A model generated the notes under the pieces. The model worked only from the letters and a program-made list of their open reading frames with translations, had not been told where the DNA came from and did not search any database. A stretch of 64,000 nucleotides of DNA from Eledone cirrhosa (taxonomy: Eukaryota), in the NCBI GenBank assembly GCA_964016885.1, contig OZ024758.1, forward strand, positions 34,720,001 to 34,784,000, read 5' to 3'. The position numbers and the translations under genes are program-made. This document shows, piece by piece, positions 57,001 to 64,000 of the stretch (position 1 is the first letter of the stretch; every line of letters begins with the position of its first letter).

Positions 57001-60000
57001 CAGAAGTCACTCCAATGTTGGTGAGAATTCATTTAAGTTCATGGTATTAGCTGTCAGAAGTAACTCCACTGTTGGTGAGAATTCATTTAAGTTCATGGTA
57101 TTAGCTGTCAGAAGTAACTCCACTGTTGGTGAGAATTCATTTAAGTTCATGGTATTAGCTGTCAGAAGTAACTCCACTGTTGGTGAGAATTCATTTAAGT
57201 TCATGGTATTAGCTGTCAGAAGGAACTCCAATGTTGGTGAGAATTCATTTAAGTCATGGTACTAGCTGTCAGAAGTAACTCCACTGTTGGTGAGAATTCA
57301 TTTAAGTTCATGGTATTAGCTGTCAGAAGGAACGCCACTGTTGGTGAGAATTCATTTAAGTTCATGGTATTAGCTGTCAGAAGTAACTCCACTGTTGGTG
57401 AGAATTCATTTAAGTTCATGGTACTAGCTGTCAGAAGTAACTCCAATGTTGGTGAGAATTCATTTAAGTTCATGGTATTAGCTGTCAGAACGAACTCCAC
57501 TGTTGCTGAGAATTCATTTAAGTTCATGGTATTAGCTGTCAGAAGTAACTCCACTGTTGGTGAGAATTCATTTAAGTTCATGGTACTAGCTGTCAGAAGT
57601 AACTCCACTGTTGGTGAGAATTCATTTAAGTTCATGGTATTAGCTGTCAGAAGTCACTCCAATGTTGGTGAGAATTCATTTAAGTTCATGGTACTAGCTG
57701 TCAGAAGTAACTCCAATGTTGGTGAGAATTCATTTAAGTTCATGGTATTAGCTGTCAGAAGTAACTCCACTGTTGGTGAGTATTCATTTAAGTCATGGTA
57801 TTAGCTGCCAGAAGTAACTCCACTGTTGGTGAGAATTCATTTAACTTCATGGTATTAGCTGTCAGAAGTAACTCCACTGTTGGTGAGAATTCATTTAAGT
57901 TCATGGTATTAGCTGTCAGAAGTAACTCCACAGTTGGTGAGAATTCATTTAAGTTCATGGTATTAGTTGGTCAGAAGTAACTCCACTGTTGGTGAGAATT
58001 CATTTAAGTCATGGTACTAGCTGTCAGAAGTAACTCCACTGTTGGTGAGAATTCATTTAAGTTCATGGTATTAGCTGTCAGAAGGAACGCCACTGTTGGT
58101 GAGATTTCATTTAAGTTCATGGTATTAGCTGTCAGAAGAAACTCCACTGTTGGTGAGAATTCATTTAAGTTCATGGTACTAGCTGTCAGAAGTAACTCCA
58201 ATGTTGGTGAGAATTCATTTAAGTTCATGGTATTAGCTGTCAGAAGGAACTCCACTGTTGGTGAGAATTCATTTAAGTTCATGGTATTAGCTGTCAGAAG
58301 TAACTCCACTGTTGGTGAGAATTCATTTAGGTCATGGTATTAGCTGTCAGAAGTAACTCCATTGTTGGTGAGAATTCATTTAAGTCATGGTACTAGCTGT
58401 CAGAAGTAACTCCAATGTTGGTGAGAATTCATTTAAGTCATGGTACTAGCTGTCAGAAGTAACTCCAATGTTGGTGAGAATTCATTTAAGTTCATGGTAC
58501 TAGCTGTCAGAAGTAACTCCACTGTTGGTGAGAATTCATTTAAGTTCATGGTATTAGCTGTCAGAAGGAACGCCACTGTTGGTGAGAATTCATTTAAGTT
58601 CATGGTATTAGCTGTCAGAAGTAACTCCACTGTTGGTGAGAATTCATTTAAGTTCATGGTACTAGCTGTCAGAAGTAACTCCAATGTTGGTGAGAATTCA
58701 TTTAAGTTCATGGTATTAGCTGTCAGAAGGAACTCCACTGTTGGTGAGAATTCATTTAAGTTCATGGTATTAGCTGTCAGAAGTAACTCCACTGTTGGTG
58801 AGAATTCATTTAAGTCATGGTATTAGCTGTCAGAAGTAACTCCATTGTTGGTGAGAATTCATTTAAGTCATGGTACTAGCTGTCAGAAGTAACTCCAATG
58901 TTGGTGAGAATTCATTTAAGTCATGGTACTAGCTGTCAGAAGTAACTCCAATGTTGGTGAGAATTCATTTAAGTTCATGTTATTAGCTGTCAGAAGGAAC
59001 TCCACTGTTGGTGAGAATTCATTTAAGTTCATGGTATTAGCTGTCAGAAGTAACTCCACTGTTGGTGAGAATTCATTTAAGTTCATGGTATTAGCTGTCA
59101 GAAGTAACTCCACCGTTGGTGAGAATTCATTTAAGTTCATGGTACTAGCTGTCAGAAGTAACTCCAATGTTGGTGAGAATTCATTTAAGTTCATGGTATT
59201 AGCTGTCAGAAGTAACTCCACTGTTGGTGAGAATTCATTTAAGTCATGGTATTAGCTGTCAGAAGTAACTCCACTGTTGGTGAGAATTCATTTAAGTTCA
59301 TGGTATTAGCTGTCAGAAGTAACTCCACTGTTGGTGAGAATTCATTTAAGTTCATGGTACTAGCTGTCAGAAGTAACTCCAATGTTGGTGAGAATTCATT
59401 TAAGTTCATGGAATTAGCTGTCAGAAGTAACTCCACTGTTGGTGAGAATTCATTTAAGTCATGGTATTAGCTGTCAGAAGTAACTCCACTGTTGGTGAGA
59501 ATTCATTTAATTTCATGGTACTAGCTGTCAGAAGTAACTCCACTGTTGGTGAGAATTCATTTAAGTTCATGGTACTAGCTGTCAGAAGTAACTCCAATGT
59601 TGGTGAGAATTCATTTAAGTTCATGGTATTAGCTGTCAGAAGTAACTCCACTGTTGGTGAGAATTCCTTTAAGTCATGGTATTAGCTGTCAGAAGTAACT
59701 CCACTGTTGCTGAGAATTCATTTAAGTTCATGGTATTAGCTGTCAGAAGGAACTCCACTGTTGGTGAGAATTCATTTAAGTTCATGGTACTAGCTGTCAG
59801 AAGTAACTCCAATGTTGGTGAGAATTCATTTAAGTTCATGGTATTAGCTGTCAGAAGTAACTCCACTGTTGGTGAGTATTCATTTAAGTCATGGTATTAG
59901 CTGCCAGAAGTAACTCCACTGTTGGTGAGAATTCATTTAACTTCATGGTATTAGCTGTCAGAAGTAACTCCACTGTTGGTGAGAATTCATTTAAGTTCAT

Positions 60001-63000
60001 GGTATTAGCTGTCAGAAGTAACTCCACTGTTGGTGAGAATTCATTTAAGTTCATGGTATTAGCTGTCAGAAGTAACTCCACTGTTGGTGAGAATTCATTT
60101 AATTTCATGGTACTAGCTGTCAGAAGTAACTCCACTGTTGGTGAGAATTCATTTAAGTTCATGGTACTAGCTGTCAGAAGTAACTCCAATGTTGGTGAGA
60201 ATTCATTTAAGTTCATGGTATTAGCTGTCAGAAGTAACTCCACTGTTGGTGAGAATTCATTTAAGTCATGGTATTAGCTGTCAGAAGTAACTCCAATGTT
60301 GGTCAGAATTCATTTAAGTTCATGGTATTAGCTGTCAGAAGGAACTCCACTGTTGCTGAGAATTCATTTAAGTTCATGGTATTAGCTGTCAGAAGTAACT
60401 CCACTGTTGGTGAGAATTCATTTAAGTTCATGGTACTAGCTGTCAGAAGTAACTCCACTGTTGGTGAGAATTCATTTAAGTTCATGGTATTAGCTGTCAG
60501 AAGTCACTCCAACGTTGGTGAGAATTCATTTAAGTTCATGGTATTAGCTGTCAGAAGTCACTCCACTGTTGGTGAGATTTCATTTAAGTTCATGGTACTA
60601 GCTGTCAGAAGTAACCCCAATGTTGGTGAGAAATCATTTAAGTTCATGGTATTAGCTGTCAGAAGTCACTCCAATGTTGGTGAGAATTCATTTAAGTTCA
60701 TGGTATTAGCTGTCAGAAGTAACTCCACTGTTGGTGAGAATTCATTTAAGTTCATGGTATTAGCTGTCAGAAGTAACTCCACTGTTGGTGAGAATTCATT
60801 TAAGTTCATGGTATTAGCTGTCAGAAGTAACTCCACTGTTGGTGAGAATTCATTTAAGTTCATGGTATTAGCTGTCAGAAGGAACTCCAATGTTGGTGAG
60901 AATTCATTTAAGTCATGGTACTAGCTGTCAGAAGTAACTCCACTGTTGGTGAGAATTCATTTAAGTTCATGGTATTAGCTGTCAGAAGGAACGCCACTGT
61001 TGGTGAGAATTCATTTAAGTTCATGGTATTAGCTGTCAGAAGTAACTCCACTGTTGGTGAGAATTCATTTAAGTTCATGGTACTAGCTGTCAGAAGTAAC
61101 TCCAATGTTGGTGAGAATTCATTTAAGTTCATGGTATTAGCTGTCAGAACGAACTCCACTGTTGCTGAGAATTCATTTAAGTTCATGGTATTAGCTGTCA
61201 GAAGTAACTCCACTGTTGGTGAGAATTCATTTAAGTTCATGGTACTAGCTGTCAGAAGTAACTCCACTGTTGGTGAGAATTCATTTAAGTTCATGGTATT
61301 AGCTGTCAGAAGTCACTCCAATGTTGGTGAGAATTCATTTAAGTTCATGGTATTAGCTGTCAGAAGTAACTCCACTGTTGGTGAGAATTCATTTAAGTCA
61401 TGGTATTAGCTGTCAGAAGTAACTCCACTGTTGGTGAGAATTCATTTAAGTTCATGGTATTAGCTGTCAGAAGGAACGCCACTGTTGGTGAGATTTCATT
61501 TAAGTTCATGGTATTAGCTGTCAGAAGAAACTCCACTGTTGGTGAGAATTCATTTAAGTTCATGGTACTAGCTGTCAGAAGTAACTCCAATGTTGGTGAG
61601 AATTCATTTAAGTTCATGGTATTAGCTGTCAGAAGGAACTCCACTGTTGGTGAGAATTCATTTAAGTTCATGGTATTAGCTGTCAGAAGTAACTCCACTG
61701 TTGGTGAGAATTCATTTAGGTCATGGTATTAGCTGTCAGAAGTAACTCCATTGTTGGTGAGAATTCATTTAAGTCATGGTACTAGCTGTCAGAAGTAACT
61801 CCAATGTTGGTGAGAATTCATTTAAGTCATGGTACTAGCTGTCAGAAGTAACTCCAATGTTGGTGAGAATTCATTTAAGTTCATGGTACTAGCTGTCAGA
61901 AGTAACTCCACTGTTGGTGAGAATTCATTTAAGTTCATGGTATTAGCTGTCAGAAGGAACGCCACTGTTGGTGAGAATTCATTTAAGTTCATGGTATTAG
62001 CTGTCAGAAGTAACTCCACTGTTGGTGAGAATTCATTTAAGTTCATGGTACTAGCTGTCAGAAGTAACTCCAATGTTGGTGAGAATTCATTTAAGTTCAT
62101 GGTATTAGCTGTCAGAAGGAACTCCACTGTTGGTGAGAATTCATTTAAGTTCATGGTACTAGCTGTCAGAAGTAACTCCAATGTTGGTGAGAATTCATTT
62201 AAGTTCATGGTATTAGCTGTCAGAAGTAACTCCACTGTTGGTGAGAATTCATTTAAGTCATGGTATTAGCTGTCAGAAGTAACTCCACTGTTGGTGAGAA
62301 TTCATTTAAGTTCATGGTATTAGCTGTCAGAAGTAACTCCACTGTTGGTGAGAATTCATTTAAGTTCATGGTACTAGCTGTCAGAAGTAACTCCAATGTT
62401 GGTGAGAATTCATTTAAGTTCATGGAATTAGCTGTCAGAAGTAACTCCACTGTTGGTGAGAATTCATTTAAGTCATGGTATTAGCTGTCAGAAGTAACTC
62501 CACTGTTGGTGAGAATTCATTTAATTTCATGGTACTAGCTGTCAGAAGTAACTCCACTGTTGGTGAGAATTCATTTAAGTTCATGGTACTAGCTGTCAGA
62601 AGTAACTCCAATGTTGGTGAGAATTCATTTAAGTTCATGGTATTAGCTGTCAGAAGTAACTCCACTGTTGGTGAGAATTCCTTTAAGTCATGGTATTAGC
62701 TGTCAGAAGTAACTCCACTGTTGCTGAGAATTCATTTAAGTTCATGGTATTAGCTGTCAGAAGGAACTCCACTGTTGGTGAGAATTCATTTAAGTTCATG
62801 GTACTAGCTGTCAGAAGTAACTCCAATGTTGGTGAGAATTCATTTAAGTTCATGGTATTAGCTGTCAGAAGTAACTCCACTGTTGGTGAGTATTCATTTA
62901 AGTCATGGTATTAGCTGCCAGAAGTAACTCCACTGTTGGTGAGAATTCATTTAACTTCATGGTATTAGCTGTCAGAAGTAACTCCACTGTTGGTGAGAAT

Positions 63001-64000
63001 TCATTTAAGTTCATGGTATTAGCTGTCAGAAGTAACTCCACTGTTGGTGAGAATTCATTTAAGTTCATGGTATTAGCTGTCAGAAGTAACTCCACTGTTG
63101 GTGAGAATTCATTTAATTTCATGGTACTAGCTGTCAGAAGTAACTCCACTGTTGGTGAGAATTCATTTAAGTTCATGGTACTAGCTGTCAGAAGTAACTC
63201 CAATGTTGGTGAGAATTCATTTAAGTTCATGGTATTAGCTGTCAGAAGTAACTCCACTGTTGGTGAGAATTCATTTAAGTCATGGTATTAGCTGTCAGAA
63301 GTAACTCCAATGTTGGTCAGAATTCATTTAAGTTCATGGTATTAGCTGTCAGAAGGAACTCCACTGTTGCTGAGAATTCATTTAAGTTCATGGTATTAGC
63401 TGTCAGAAGTAACTCCACTGTTGGTGAGAATTCATTTAAGTTCATGGTACTAGCTGTCAGAAGTAACTCCACTGTTGGTGAGAATTCATTTAAGTTCATG
63501 GTATTAGCTGTCAGAAGTCACTCCAACGTTGGTGAGAATTCATTTAAGTTCATGGTATTAGCTGTCAGAAGTCACTCCACTGTTGGTGAGATTTCATTTA
63601 AGTTCATGGTACTAGCTGTCAGAAGTAACCCCAATGTTGGTGAGAAATCATTTAAGTTCATGGTATTAGCTGTCAGAAGTCACTCCAATGTTGGTGAGAA
63701 TTCATTTAAGTTCATGGTATTAGCTGTCAGAAGTAACTCCACTGTTGGTGAGAATTCATTTAAGTTCATGGTATTAGCTGTCAGAAGTAACTCCACTGTT
63801 GGTGAGAATTCATTTAAGTTCATGGTATTAGCTGTCAGAAGTAACTCCACTGTTGGTGAGAATTCATTTAAGTTCATGGTATTAGCTGTCAGAAGGAACT
63901 CCAATGTTGGTGAGAATTCATTTAAGTCATGGTACTAGCTGTCAGAAGTAACTCCACTGTTGGTGAGAATTCATTTAAGTTCATGGTATTAGCTGTCAGA
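54029..64000. repeat. 68-monomer (3659 bp) higher-order repeat: 2 full copies plus a third, internally deleted copy
   Basis: Ten ORF pairs offset by 3659 (e.g. 54136/57795, 54352/58011, 56609/60268, 57256/60915). The third copy is offset by 3389 (61400, 61829) and then 3014 (62260-63282). Markers GAGTAT, GCTGCC, GAGATTT, AGAAGAAAC, ATGGAATTA, TTTAGGTCA. Confidence 0.93.

Larger units (their letters stand above)
1..64000. repeat. 54-bp tandem satellite array, about 1,190 head-to-tail monomers, running off both window ends
   Basis: The consensus ATGGTATTAGCTGTCAGAAGTAACTCCACTGTTGGTGAGAATTCATTTAAGTTC recurs every 53-54 bp throughout, most copies differing by 0-3 bases. Common variants (numbered from ATG): T7C, T21G, A22C, T25C/G, C29A/T, G35C, and loss of one T at 52/53 (AAGTCATG, 53-bp monomer). 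Confidence 0.99.

Noticed and set aside
366-63904. Minus-strand ORFs of (MNLNEFSPTVELLLTANT)n, superficially like leucine-rich or surface-protein repeats
   Set aside because: Antisense reading of the same monomer. The frequent AGTCAC and GGTCAG variants create stops in this frame, and there is no LxxLxLxxN register or non-repetitive domain.
373-63938. Plus-strand ORFs of (MVLAVRSNSTVGENSFKF)n, up to 398 aa
   Set aside because: They follow from a 54-bp monomer divisible by 3. They are frameshifted every few monomers by the common T deletion, have in-frame TGA variants (~1518, ~2217, ~31902), most common variants change the amino acid, and there are no unique N- or C-terminal regions. One or two stop-free frames out of six is unremarkable for 18 codons.
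1-64000. CRISPR-like array (conserved segment alternating with a variable segment)
   Set aside because: The variable part is only about 9 bp with a handful of recurrent point alleles, not unique spacers. There is no leader or cas gene.
1-64000. Combinatorial cassette or diversity-generating system encoded by monomer order
   Set aside because: The order of variants is explained by nested tandem duplications and deletions. No recombinase, reverse transcriptase, expression site or unique flank is present in the window.
1-64000. Embedded transposon, inversion, telomeric repeat, tRNA/5S/snRNA unit or CENP-B box
   Set aside because: None seen. The monomer phase and orientation continue without a break, and the monomer shows no recognisable RNA-gene or CENP-B box motif.
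1-64000. Synthetic concatemer or rolling-circle sequencing artefact (EcoRI site in each unit)
   Set aside because: Variants are inherited in nested blocks and regional domains, which random error or ligation of one oligo would not produce. Exact copy numbers of near-identical blocks could still be mis-assembled.
1-64000. Assignment to a named satellite family or organism
   Set aside because: I do not recognise the sequence, and similar monomer length to other short satellites is not evidence. A database search is needed.

Overview
The whole 64 kb window is one uninterrupted, single-orientation tandem array (satellite DNA) of roughly 1,190 copies of a 54-bp monomer. Consensus: ATGGTATTAGCTGTCAGAAGTAACTCCACTGTTGGTGAGAATTCATTTAAGTTC (34/54 = 63% AT, no CpG, one EcoRI site). 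I see no unique sequence, transposon, inversion, RNA gene, CRISPR array or credible protein-coding gene. All listed ORFs are translations of the monomer (54 = 18 codons, one stop-free frame per strand), broken by recurrent 1-bp indels. The information lies in the order of monomer variants. Diagnostic variants show nested higher-order repeats (HORs) or block duplications of about 2, 4, 7, 9, 11, 13, 19, 26, 40, 50, 54-65, 68 and 74 monomers, regional variant domains, and several chimeric monomers that locate recombination junctions to 10-20 bp. This looks like a young, actively turning-over eukaryotic satellite, possibly centromeric or pericentromeric (inference). I do not recognise the family or organism. 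Periods were derived by hand from marker positions and the ORF track, so block edges are good to about one monomer. I found no evidence of a novel gene-based system.
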